In this document: in pieces, positions 39,531 to 51,698 of the stretch
Layout of the letters: each line of letters opens with the position of its first letter
Position numbering within the stretch: the stretch's first letter is position 1
The notes under the pieces: model-generated
Databases searched by the model: none
What the model was told of the DNA's origin: nothing
What the model saw: the letters and a program-made list of their open reading frames with translations, nothing else
DNA from: Sphyrna mokarran
Lineage: Eukaryota
Reading direction: 5' to 3'
Length of the DNA: 64,000 nucleotides
NCBI GenBank assembly: GCA_024679065.1
Contig: JAGIQG010000043.1
Span: 2,728,001 to 2,792,000 of the forward strand
Program-made: the position numbers and the translations under genes

Positions 39531-39795
39531 TCAACACATAGACCCGCACACAGCTAGAATCTCTCTGTCTCTCTCACTCATACAAAGGCGCACACACAGC
39601 CGAAATCTCTCTGCCTCCCTCACATACACACGCACAGACGCACACACAAGCAGAATTTCTCTCGCACACAGGCGTAACCAGGGTCTTTCTCGCTCTCTGA
39701 ATCACAAGCACACACGTGTAAACGGGCGAACACACACACACCTTTAGCAATGTACCTTCTGTTGGATACTGTCAGAATAACACAACCAAGTATAC

Positions 39796-39829
<34 letters not shown>

Positions 39830-40339
39830 GCACACACAGAAATAACCTTTATCGTTCTCTCTCCCCATCACGCAAACATAGTTTTATCAATCTACCCTTT
39901 GCTTGATTATGTTAGAATCACAAACCCCCGCAGACACAGAGACAGCCACAATTTATCTGTCTATCTGCCTGTCTTTTTCTTTCACAGACACATGTACACA
40001 CAAAGAAACACACAGGCCTTTACCAATCTACCCTTTGCTGGAAAATGTCAGAATAACACACAAATACATACACAAAATATGCACACACATAGCAACATCT
40101 CTCTCTCTCTCATTCTCTGTCACAGACACACACACACACACACACAGACACACACACACACAAAACATAAACACGCATGTACCAATCCAGCCTTTCCTGA
40201 TAATATCAGAATCACATACCCACGCAGACACACAGATAGCCAGAATTCCTCTCAACCTTTCTCTCTGTTTCTCTTACCCTCTCGTACACAAAAGTACACA
40301 CACCTTAACCAATCTACCCTCTGCTGGGTAACGTCAGAA

Positions 40340-40383
<44 letters not shown>

Positions 40384-41899
40384 AACACTCTTCCCACTAC
40401 TGGATGATGTCAGGAACGGACACTTACAAATCCACAATCTCTGCTGGGACTGTCAGAATTTCATTGGACGCGACATTACCGGAACCAACTTTGTTTAAGA
40501 TTATTTCGTTGTGTGTTGAGTGTATCACACGCGTTTCACATCACATTGAAAGTAAGATTTTAGTCTCCACTCGCAGTGGTTCCATTCTTATTGAATACGT
40601 TTGTGATTCGCCTCTATTTTATTAGCAGCGTTTTCAATACAGCAACACCCACCTCTCAATAAAGAGTCCGGTGCTGCAACCCCGCCTTAAACCTGTAAAA
40701 CATTTCATATTAGGGAAATATATAAATATAGAAATTAGATTCCTATCTGTTTATTCATTGGGTATCAAACACGTATCTGCTTTCACGAGGGATGATGATT
40801 AATAAGAAAATAATTAAATTTGGATTAAATAAGATTACTTTTCAAATTGAAATATCTAGTCAGTAAACAGAACTATTTGGCTGTTAGACATGACCAATCA
40901 ATCCANNNNNNNNNNNNNNNNNNNNNNNNNNNNNNNNNNNNNNNNNNNNNNNNNNNNNNNNNNNNNNNNNNNNNNNNNNNNNNNNNNNNNNNNNNNNNNN
41001 NNNNNNNNNNNNNNNNNNNNNNNNNNNNNNNNNNNNNNNNNNNNNNCTGACAAGAAAATATTAGACTAGAGAGGCATCGGTGTCAGCACAGACTTGGTGG
41101 ACCAAAGGTTTTGTTTCTGTATTGTAATATTCTTTGTTCTTTGCTCACACTCATGCTCACAAATACACTGATACACACATATTCACACACACACACACAC
41201 ACACACACACTTCTGTATCCTGTAAGTCTCTGCCGTCCCATGTTGAAAGGGAAATGTTCCCAATTCCTCACAGTTCATTGCTTCAAAAAAAATGGAAAAC
41301 GGTTTTCTGGCTCCTCTAGCGGTGAGAGGATTTGCTCTGTATGGGTATTACTGAAAAAAAAAACTTCTTGCGGGTTCGGAGGGTCAAGCTAACTTCTTGT
41401 TGTTTTGAATAACAGCGTCTCCTAATGACGCACACAAACACACACATACAAATGCATACACCGACACATGCTCTCTCTCTCTCAGTGACACACACACACA
41501 CACACATACACAGTCTCTCTCTCACACACACACAGCCACAGACACTCACAAACACTTGCACATACACTTATACATTCACACACACGCATTCATACANNNN
41601 NNNNNNNNNNNNNNNNNNNNNNNNNNNNNNNNNNNNNNNNNNNNNNNNNNNNNNNNNNNNNNNNNNNNNNNNNNNNNNNNNNNNNNNNNNNNNNNNNNNN
41701 NNNNNNNNNNNNNNNNNNNNNNNNNNNNNNNNNNNNNNNNNNNNNNNNNNAAAATATTAGACGAGAGAGGAATCAGTGTCAGCACAGACTTGGTGGGCCG
41801 AAGGGTTTGTTTCTGTATTGTAATATTCTTTGTTCTTTGTTCACACTCATGCACATAAATACACTGATACACACATGTACACACACACACACACAAAGA

Positions 41900-41932
<33 letters not shown>

Positions 41933-42235
41933 TGTTAAACATATATAAACGCATACATACACACTCATGCACTTAAACACATTCTCAAACGCACTGACAT
42001 TCTGACGTGCACACACACACACTCATACATGTATACACACTCATGCCCACACTTATAGACACTCAGACAAAAAACAGACATACACTCGCGCACATACACA
42101 CAGATAAATTCATACACTGACACACACTCACACTTACATATTAAGCTGATTCACTGACACACACACTTACTCACACTTCCTCACATATAAACACACTCTC
42201 TCATACACTGATATACACTCGAACACTTACACTTG
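39530..42235. repeat. CA/CT-rich low-complexity tracts with assembly gaps at 40906-41046 and 41597-41750
   Basis: (CA)n and (CT)n runs. Paralogous tracts lie at 58580-60830 (gap 59118-59275); a similar tract lies at 25230-26000 (gap 26001-26155). Confidence 0.9.
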
Positions 42236-43356
42236 ATGTCTGCGAAATGTCACATAGAATCCCTCAGTTTATTAATTGAAGCATTTAGTCTTAAATCAAT
42301 CAAGTTTGGATAAGCACTTATGAAACATTGCTTGCATATATTTTCCACGTTTCCTTCAGTTCCAAACACCAAAGTTCTGGAATGATATTAGCATTTTCGG
42401 AAAACTCCTGAACATATTAAAGGAGAGCAATGCCAGTCAAAGTAGAGCGTTTGGGGAAGTCGATATTGAGTTGACATTGCTCTCCAGAGAAACTTGGGTG
42501 GAAATATGAAAGAGATGTGTAACACCATGGAAGCGGTGTTTGAGGGAGGGAATATTTGATTGTAAAATGCTCGACATAAGGATACCGAGCGGCTAACATT
42601 TTAATGTAAGTTTTAAGGATGAAATGGGCATTTAAATAATGTAGTAATGATAGTTTCAAAATGAATGGCTGATCACCCTGCTAGAATTAAATTGTATAAC
42701 TCAAGGACTGATTGTGTCAGTAAGTTAGCTAAAACAAATATAACCGGAATGATAGGCAGTGGAACAGCTTGATCTTGAGTTTGGACACAGCTCGGCACAA
42801 CATCGAATGGCCGAAGGGCCTGTACTGTGCTGTACTGTTTTATGGTCTACGTAACTTAAACTTGGGATGATTATGAAATCGGGCATTGATTAAAGGGACA
42901 AATAATGTAATTTTGTATTGGGTACAGAGACTCCAACCTGGGAATTCTGCCGGAATATCGATTTCAGATAATGTTCTTTCAGGATTAACTGCCAATATTC
43001 AATTGGATGTCCAAAACTAGGGTAGATCCAGTTAAGTTTGGGGCACATTTAATCTTGCAGATTGCATATTCATGCAGCAGAAATCTCAAACCAGTTGCTC
43101 ACATTCCTGTTCTGCCCTTAATACCATCTCCAACGCAAACAAACACACCCTAAAAACGTTCCTGTGAATTAGCTGAAGAGCCGCCGGAAACATATTTGTT
43201 CCAAATCCTTATAGAAACCGAATTACACAGGTAACATTTGGTATTGAAGACCTTCTTCTATATTTAGTTAACTCGGATATTGATACATTTTTAACTATTT
43301 CTTGCACAATTACAGTAGTAAATGCAGAATAGAATTTTAAAACCCGCTATCAGAAA

Positions 43357-43538
43357 TTAGAAGCATTGAGAGGTGAAATTGCATTGCAGGCGATATTCCA
43401 TCTTATAATGGTGGACATTAAGAGAAAGTTCATTTCCGCTTTGGTCGCCATCATAATATTGAGCCCCCAGTCCGTCCGAATTCGTACCGGCCGCACTTTC
43501 GGAATTCTCCTTGCAAAAATAAGAATGTTTCAACGACA
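43357..43538 (-). CDS. Gene B candidate terminal cytoplasmic exon (SLKHSYF...MEYRLQCNFTSQCF*)
   Basis: ttttatag| is phase-1 compatible with the TM exon, and the frame stays open in the paralog at 62040. It could instead be 3'UTR. Confidence 0.5.
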
Positions 43539-44204
43539 CTATAAAACCCGGAAACACACGGTGAGTTCTCTGTGTCCCTCTCTTTTCTCGCCAGTTAAGG
43601 TTTTGGATCCTCGTTAAAGGCCAGGCGAGCGTAAAGTGTCTGTGGATGAAAAGTGATCTGTTAGCGTGATACACACCATTATTATAGTGACAGGTGAGAC
43701 CATTGAGTCCCCCCACTCCTCCGCGTCCCCTCCACTGCATTCAATCGGTTCATGGCTGCAAGGTAACTCAACTCACAGTCACCCACTAATATTGAATAAT
43801 CCTTAATCCCTCCCTAATGTAAATCTAACTGTCGCATCTCCAGAGTTCCAATTGCCCAATGCTCTATGTAGCTTTTTAGTGACCAGAATTCCGCCTCGCG
43901 TTCTGTGAAGATTTATTATTGTCACATATATGAGTATGCATTAATATGTAATGATTCTTGCCCAGTGTACAGACAAAGTTTATCGTGTGTGGAGAATGAA
44001 AGGAGAAGGTGCAGATTATAGTGTTACAGTGATAGAGAGGCTTGAAGAGAAAGTTCAACGTAATATGAGACAGGTCAATTCTAATGTCTGATGGCAGCAG
44101 GGAAGGAGCTATCCTTGTGTGACCTCAGAATTATATCTCTTTTTCCCCGAAGGAAGAAGGTGGAGAAATAAAGCGTATCCGGGATCCTTGTTAATGGTGG
44201 CTGT

Positions 44205-44720
44205 TTATATAGAAACATAGAAGATTGCAGCAGGGAGAGGTCATTTGGCCCTTTGAGTCTGCTCCAGCATTCATTATGATCATGATTGATCGTCCAGCCC
44301 AATCGTCTAATCCTACTTTCTCCCCATAAACTTCGCTCCCAAGTGCTATATCCAGTCGCCTGTTGAACATATTGAATGTTTTGGCATCAACTACTTCCTG
44401 TGATAATGAATTCCACAGGCTCACCGAGTGAAGAAATGTCTCCTCACCTCCGTCCTAAATGGTCTATCCCAAAACCTCAAACTGTGGCCCCTGATTCTGG
44501 ACTCCCTCCACTATCGGGAACATCCTTCCTGTATTTACTCTGTTTAGCCCTGATAGAATTTTAGAAGTCTCTATGAAATCACCCCCCATTCGTCTGAACT
44601 GCAGTGAAAACAACTTCAAACTAGTCAATCTCTCCTCATACATGAATCCCGCCATTCCTGGAGTGAGCCTGGTAAACCTTCGCTGCACTCCCTCCAGAGC
44701 CAGAATTTCATTCCAAAGTG
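44205..44720 (-). mobile_element. Old CR1 3' fragment (paralog at 62915-63995)
   Basis: LEGVQRRFTRL..SLWNSL remnants. Confidence 0.8.
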
Positions 44721-45084
44721 AGTGCATTTGGTATGTCTCCTGGTCTGCCCAAGACTACAAGAATTGGAAAGTCCCATTATTCAAATCAGCCTCCCCTCCA
44801 TTGAGTCTGTCTACACGTCCTGTTGCCTCGGGGAAAGGCAGCCAACATAATTAAGGACCTCGCCCACCCTCCCACACGCACCCCGGACATTCTGTCTTCC
44901 ACCTTCTTCCATTGGGAAAAAGATACAAAAGTCTGAGTTCAAGTACCAACCCACTCAAGAACAGGTTCTTCTGTGCTGCTGTCAAACTTCTGAAGGGATC
45001 TACCTCGCACAAAGTTGATCTTTCTATCTTTCTCTAAATTCTGGGTATGATTGTAGCACTATATTCTCCACTTTCTCCTTTACT

Positions 45085-45440
45085 TCTCAATGAACGGTAT
45101 GCTTTCTCTATGTAGTGCGCAAGAAGCAATACTTTTCACTGTATCCCATACATGTGACAGTAATAATCCAAACCTATGTACTCAATGAACGGTATGCTTT
45201 GTTTTGCGAGCAAGAAACAATACTTTTCACTGTACTCTGATGCATGTGAGAATAATAAACCAAACCTATGTACTCAATGAACGGTATGCTTTGTCTGTAT
45301 AGCGCGCAACAACAACGCTTTTCACTGAATCCCAAAACATGTGCCAATAATAAATCTAATCTATGTACTCTGTGAATGGTATGCTTTGGCTGTGTAGTGT
45401 GCAAAAAACAATACTTTTCACTGTCTCCCAACGCACGTGC
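45085..45440. repeat. Second ~93-nt LINE-tail tandem array (~4 copies, opposite orientation)
   Basis: Repeated tcaatgaacggtatgcttt..aatacttttcactgta..gtgac units. Confidence 0.85.
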
Positions 45441-45584
45441 GGTTCCTGATAGAAAGGGGGATTTAAACTGAAATTTAAAATGGATTAATTTTACACCGAA
45501 CCCGCTCAGAATTATCAATAAGTCGGTGATAAATGTGTGGATTGAGAGCGCCGCGGAGTAACAGATTCCCCCCAAAATGTCTAC

Positions 45585-45704
45585 CTCTCTGCCGGTTCCT
45601 GCAGATCCTTCTTCCGGCCACAAGGGCCAATCCCAGAAGGAGAAGTGCTGCGACCGACAAACCCCCGGAAAACACTAAATCACAGGTGAGCGAGAACGGA
45701 GAAT
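45585..45704 (-). CDS. Gene B stalk Cys plus TM exon (DSPFSLTCDLVFSGGLSVAALLLLGLALVAGRRICRNRQR)
   Basis: tttttttttgcag| phase 1, 120 nt, G|gtagac. Hydrophobic helix followed by a basic stop-transfer segment. Confidence 0.85.
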
Positions 45705-46034
45705 CTGCAAAAAAAAACTAAACTTTCAGTCAGCAGAAATCAAGTGTGGAAATAATTGAACAAACAAGGATGTTGTTCAATTTAACTGTCCAATTTAACC
45801 GAAAAATGAGAAAAAAATTGCACACTTTCCCTTCATGTAATAGAGTTGCATTTTTACAATAGAACACGAGGCGCGGCAGAAAGAGATAGTGACAGAAAGA
45901 CTGAACACTTTTTGAATAGGGCACACAGAGAGATGGAGGAAGAGAGTGGAAGATTCAGGCAGAGAATAATCATGTCACCCTATAATGCAGAAGAAGACCA
46001 TTCGGGCCATCGAGTCATGGCTGAGGGTCTGGAG

Positions 46035-49000
46035 CAGGGGGCAGGGCTTCAAGTTCATAGATCATTAGGACCTCTTTTGGGGCAGGTGTGACTTGTACAG
46101 TAAGGACGGGTGGCACTTGAACCCTAGAGGGACTAATATCTTGGCAGGTAGACTAGCTAGGGCTACTGGGGGATCTTTAAACTAGAAAAGCTGGGGGGGA
46201 GGGGTGGGAATACCGATGGGACGGTGAATAAGGAGGTTCGTTCCCAGGTAGGGAAGGACTGTAGGCACTCTGAAAGGGGGGTTAGGCAAGTGGTGGAAAA
46301 GTGAAATATCCTGACTGAGGGGCTGAGGTGTGTCTATTTTAACGCCAGGAGTAAATAAGGTAGATGAGCTCAGGGCGTGGATTGCTGCTTGGGAATGTGA
46401 TGTGGTGGCCATTACAGAGACTTGGTTGTCTCAGGGACAGGACTGGGTACTCCAGGTGCCAGGATTCAGGTGCTTCAGGAGGGACAGGGTTAGGGGCAAA
46501 AGAGGAGGTGGTGTGGCACTGTTGATCATGGACAATGTCATGGCTGTAGAGAAGGTGGAAGACGTGGAGGGATTGTCTACGGAGTCTCTGTGGGTGTAAG
46601 TTAGGAACAGCAAAGGCTCGATAACTTTGCTGGGTGTATTCTATAGGACGCCCAATAGCGACAGGGAACTTGAGGTGCAGATAGGGAAACAGATCCTAGA
46701 CAGATGTAGAAATAATAGGGTTGTCGCGATGGGAGATTTCAATTTCCCAAACATCGACTGGAATATCCCAAGGGGTTTGGATGGTGTGGAGTTTGTAAGG
46801 TGTGTTCAGGAAGGTTTCCTGACACAGTACGTGGAAAAGCCTACGAGAGGAGAGTCTGTACTTGACCTGGTGCTAGCTAATGAGTCCGGGGAGGTGTCGG
46901 ATCTCACGGTAGGTGAGCATCTTGGGAATGGAGATCATAATTCTGTCTCTTTCACGATAGCGATGGAAAGAGATAGGATCAGGCAGGCTAGGAAGGTGTA
47001 TGTCTGGAGTAAGGGGAAATATGACAACATTATGCACTTTGGCAGGAACAATAAATGTGTAGAGTATAGGGCTAATGGTAGGGCTCTTAATAGTGTTGAG
47101 GAACAGAAGGATCTTGGTGTATGTGTCAATAGATCCCTGAAAGTAGGCAGTCAAGTGGATAAAGTTGTTAAGAAGGCATATGGAGTCTTAGCTTTTATTG
47201 GTAGGGGGATTGAATTTAGGAGCCGCAGCATCATGTTGCAACTGTACAAAACTCTAGTGCGGCCGCACTTGGAGTATTGTGTGCAGTTCTGGTCCCCACA
47301 TTATAAGAAAGATGTGGAGGCATTGGAGAGGGTACAGAGGAGGTTTACCAGGATGTTGCCTGGTATGGAGGGCAGGTCCTATGAAGAGAGGTTGAAGGAT
47401 TTGAGGTTGTTTTCGTTAGAAAGGAGGCGGCTAAGAGGGGATCTTATTGAAGCATATAAGATGATTAGAGGTTTAGATAGGGTGGACAGTGATAGCCTTT
47501 TTCCTAGGATGGAGAAAGCTAGCACGAGGGGACACAGCTTTAAATTAAGGGGTATGAGTTATAGGACGGATATCAGAGGTAGGTTCTTTACTCAAAGAGT
47601 GATTAGGGAGTGGAATGCCCTGCCTGCAGCTGTTGTAGATGCGCCAAGTTTGGTGGCGTTTAAGAGGTTAATTGATAAGTATATGGAAGAGAAGGGAATG
47701 GTTTAGTTTGGAGGGGCATTGCTTTTTATTTTGGTCGGCACAACATCGAAGGCCGAAGGGCCTGTTCTGTGCTGTAATGTTCTATGTTCTATGTTCTATT
47801 AGGCAGGTAATTGGACGCATAAACTGGAAGGAGGTGTTCTTGGGGAAGATTACAGAAGGAAAGTGGCGGTTTTTCAAGGAATGTTTGTCTGGGGCACTGC
47901 AAGACAACGTCCCGAGGAGTCAAGGAGGTTCTGGTAGGACGCGAGAACCGTGGTGCACGAAGGTAGTGGTGAACCGAGTTAGGAAGGAAAAAAAGGTATA
48001 TAAAAGATTCAGAGAGCTAGGGGATGTTAGGGATCCAGAGGAGTATAAGGTGTGTAGAAGGGAACTTAAAAAGGAAATTGGGAGAGCCAGAAGGGGTCAT
48101 GAGAAGGCCTTGGCAGGTAAAATTAAGGAGAATCCCAAGGCCTTCTACAAATATGTGAAAAGTAAAAGGATGAGAAGAGAAGGGATAGGGCCTACAAATG
48201 GTGAAGGGAGAAAAGTCTGTGTGAATCCGGAAGAAATGGCAGAAGTATAACGAATATTTTGCCTCGGTATTCACAGTGGAAAATGAACTGGGAGATTGCA
48301 CTGCAGGTTTGAGGCAAATGGAAAAGATTGAGCATGTGGATATTAGGAAAGAGGATGTGTTAGACCTGTTAAATTGTACCAAGATAGACAAGTCGCCAAG
48401 ACTGGATGGGATGTATCCCAGGTTATTGTGGGAGGTGAGGGAAGTGGTTGCAGAGCCCCAGGCGATGATCTTTGCGTCGTCCATGGAAACGGGAGAGATT
48501 CTGGAGGATTGGAGGATTGCGGATGTGGTTCCTATCTTTAAGAAAGGGAACAGGGATAGTCCAGGAAATTACCGACCGGTGAGTTTGACTTCAGTGGTTG
48601 GTAAGCTGATGGAAAGGCTTCTGACGGATAAGATATATGAACATTTGGAGAAGTTTGGACTGATAGGAAATAGTCAGCATGGTTTTGTCAAGGGCAGGTC
48701 ATGCCTTACAAGCCTAGTTGAGTTCTTCGAAAGTGTGACTGAACACATTGACGAAGGAAGGGCGGTGGACGTAGTGTACATGGACTTTAGTAAGGCGTTT
48801 GATAAGGTCCCACATGCAAGGTTTCTGGAGAAGGTGAGAGGGCATGGGATCCAAGGGGCTTTGGCCTTGTGGATCCAGAACTGGCTTGCCTGCAGAAGGG
48901 AGAGAGTGGTTGTGGATGGGTCTTGTTCTGCATGGAGGTCGGTAACCAGTGGAGTGTCCCAGGGATCTGTTCTGAGACCCCTGCTGTTTGTTATTTTCAT

Positions 49001-49925
49001 AAATGACCTGGATGAGGAAGTAGAGGGATAGGTTAGCAAGTTCGCCGACGATACAAAGATCGGTGGTGTTGTGGATGGTCTGGAGGGATGGCAAAAGTTG
49101 CAGCGGGACATAGACAGGATGCAAGACTGGGCGGAGAAGTGGCAGATGGACTTCAACGCAGATAAACGTGTATTGGTCCATTTTGGCAGGAATAATGGGA
49201 TGAATGAGTACAATATAAGGGGTAGGAGTCTTAGCTGTGTTGTAGAGCAGAAGGATCTCGGCGTCCGGGTCCAGAAGACCCTTAAGTTGGCCTCGCAGGT
49301 GGAGGAAGTGGTCAAGAAGGCGTATGGTGTACTGACCTTCATTAATCGAGGAATAAAGTTCAGGAGTCAGGAGGTAATGATGCAGCTCTATAAGATTGTT
49401 GTCAGACCCCAGTTGGAGTATTGTGCGCAGTTCTGGTCGCCTCATTATAGGAAGGATGTAGAGGCTATTGAGAGAGTTCGGAGGAGATTTACAAGGATGC
49501 TACCTGGATTATGAAGATAGGTTGAGGGAGCTGGGACTCTTCTCACTGGAGCGACGCAGGTTGAGAGGCGACCTGATAGAGGTTTATAAAATGTTGAGAG
49601 GGATAGATAGGGTGGACTCTCAGAGACTATTTCCCCGAGCTGAAATGGTCACTACGAGAGGACACAGATTTAAGGTGCAGGGAAGCAAATACAAAGGAGA
49701 TGTCAGGGGTAGGTTTTTCACTCAGAGGGTGGTGAGTGAATGGAACCGACTGTCGTCGGAGGTTATTGAGGCAAACTCACTGGGGTCTTTAAAGAGACTT
49801 CTGGATGAGTATATGGAAACGAATAGGATAGGGGGTTATAGATAGGCCTGTAGATTGGTCGTTGTGATAAGCGCAACTCATGGGCCGAAGAGCCTGTTTG
49901 TGCTGTATTGTTCTATGTTCTTTTT
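46035..49925 (+). mobile_element. Long CR1 LINE (endonuclease plus RT, with stops and frameshifts) in the gene B intron, carrying a nested younger CR1 at ~47032-47798
   Basis: EN motifs ITETWL, GDFNFP, DHN; RT motifs QHGFVKG, DFSKAFD, FADD. An internal CR1 tail occurs at ~47770-47798. Confidence 0.95.
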
Positions 49926-49994
49926 TCTATGAGTCTGCGCCACCCTATCCCCGTCACCTCACGTATTTACTCTGCTAATTCTTCTGACTCTCGG

Positions 49995-50405
49995 CTCAAT
50001 TGAGCATGGTCAATCCACTTAACCCGCACATCTTTGGACACTAAAGGGCAATTTGTCATAGCTAATCTAACTAACCTACATATCTCCGATATTAAGGAAC
50101 ATTTTCCCATGGCTTATCCACCTAACTTACACATTCTTTGACATTAAGGGCAATTTACAATGGTTGATCCACCTAGCCTTCAGATCCTTTGACACTAAGG
50201 AGCAATTTACCATAGCTGGTCCGCTTAGCCGACACATCCTTTGGCAATAAGGGACACTTTAGTATTGCCAATCCACCTAACCCGCATATCTTTGGACACA
50301 AAGGTGCAATTTAGCAATGGTCAATCCACTTACCCCCCACATCTTTGGACACTAAGGGGCAATTTAGCATGGCCAATCCACCTAACCTGCACATCTTTGG
50401 AACTT
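49995..50405. repeat. 52-nt SINE-core minisatellite (~8 copies); related array at 4690-4920/5283-5330
   Basis: Unit gcatggccaatccacctaacctgcacatctttggacactaaggggcaattta. Confidence 0.85.
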
Positions 50406-50957
50406 GTGGGAAAACAGGAGCACCCGCGGGAAGGCCGATGTAATTGAATGGGGGTGAATTACAGGGAGGCGAAGGGATGAACAAATGGTTTACTGCTGTG
50501 CTGAGATAGAGACCAATATTGGGGATATAATCACACATTTCAATTTTAAACACTGACAGATTGGTCCCTGACCTTCAGATGCGTCATGATGTTTTAGCCA
50601 GATACTAAAAGGGGAAGAGGAGAAGAGGCCATTCGGCCTATCTCATCTATTCTGCCATCCAACATCACCATCCCTCACCATGTTTACAAACTTCACTTCT
50701 CCGTCCTTTCTCTTACTCATTAATCTGTCCGTTCTCACAAATGTGCTTCGGTGATTGAACATCCACGGTTCGTAACGGTAGCGAAGAAGAGGCAAAATAT
50801 CAGAAAATCGAACTGGGAGGATTATGATAGGACAGTTCTGATTTAGACATTCATGGATGCCCGCAGAGACATTTGTAATTTACAAAGTTAGGCTGCTTTT
50901 AGTAAAGTGCCCCGTTATTATTAAATGGATTGAAAAATAGTCATTGTGAATAGCTAC

Positions 50958-51269
50958 CTTTCTGAGATGAGAAACTGTCACTGAGAATACTGTCACTGGA
51001 GTTGACCCGAACAGTGCAGGTACAGCGAGCACCGCTTCTCCAAGTTTCCGCCGAGAGACTGATGTAACTCCTGACGGTGTAGGTCCCGTCTGGCTCCAGT
51101 GTCCCCGAATCGGTCCGTCCCTCGGTATCCCGCCCCAAAACATTCCAGCGGACAGGAGAAGAATCGGGAGACACCCCTCTGACCAGGCACATCAAAGGGA
51201 CCCTTTCCATGGCAGGAATCTCATCCAGCGGTGGGGTGAGGAGGAATATGGAGGGAGAACCCGCTAAAT
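50958..51269 (-). CDS. Gene B C1-set exon
   Basis: ttgccag| 312 nt G|gtagct. PSIFLLTPP..LMCLVRG..VRWN..DGTYTVRSYI..TWRSGARCTC, clearly homologous to the gene A C1. Confidence 0.92.
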
Positions 51270-51359
51270 CTGGCAAATGAAACGGAGAACATTGATTAAC
51301 TGTGGAACAGGACACTTGCTCTGAGATACCCACTGCAATAGATTATTAATGAAATTTAC

Positions 51360-51698
51360 CTGTAATCACTAATTTGGAGCCATTTCCGAATATTTGAACC
51401 CTGTTCTGGTAATTGCGCTTTGCACAGTAATACATCCCGGAGTCATTTATTTGGGAATCCGTAATGATTAGTGAATAAAGACGCCCATTTTCAGAAATCT
51501 GGCTGGAAAATCTCCCGTCAGCTTGGCTGTTCTTGTATGCTGTGTAAACGAAATCCATGCTGTTTTTCCCCCTCTGTCTGTACCAGAAGACAGAGCCAAA
51601 AGCTTGACCCTGGATGCGGCACCTGAGATTAACAGGACTTCCCGCAGGGAGCTTCTGAACCGGCGGAGACTGGGACACGGTGACCTGAGACATTGTAA
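51360..51698 (-). CDS. Gene B V exon: germline-joined TCR/IgL-like VJ domain
   Basis: tttcccag| acceptor, 339 nt, G|gtaaat donor. QVTVSQSP..LRC..WYRQ..GRFS..DSGMYYCAKRNYQNRVQIFGNGSKLVIT carries the FGxG J motif in the same exon; no RSS. Confidence 0.93.

Noticed and set aside
39478-40498. His/Thr-rich or Cys/Val-rich ORFs
   Set aside because: Translations of CA/TG microsatellites.
40906-41900. Local duplication of a SINE tail (41047-41210 versus 41751-41900)
   Set aside because: Both copies abut N gaps and the paralog has only one; probably a scaffolding artefact.
46627-47706. 359-aa ORF fusing an endonuclease fragment to an RT C-terminus
   Set aside because: Chance in-frame junction of a young CR1 nested in an older CR1 at ~47032; it lacks the RT core.
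48674-49445. Long antisense ORFs (also 31698-32504 and 23591-24034)
   Set aside because: Shadow frames of CR1 ORF2.
49995-50405. CRISPR-like regular repeats
   Set aside because: Contiguous SINE-derived units without unique spacers, in vertebrate DNA with no cas genes.
50573-50604. Possible small exon after the gene B C1 giving a secreted VSG* end
   Set aside because: Weak donor, next to repeat sequence, no poly(A) support; may be chance.
26675-51698. Rearranging TCR/Ig locus or conventional IgL cluster
   Set aside because: No heptamer-spacer-nonamer after either V, the J strand is in the V exon, the V-C intron is only 90 nt, and the TMs lack the charged residues needed for CD3 assembly.
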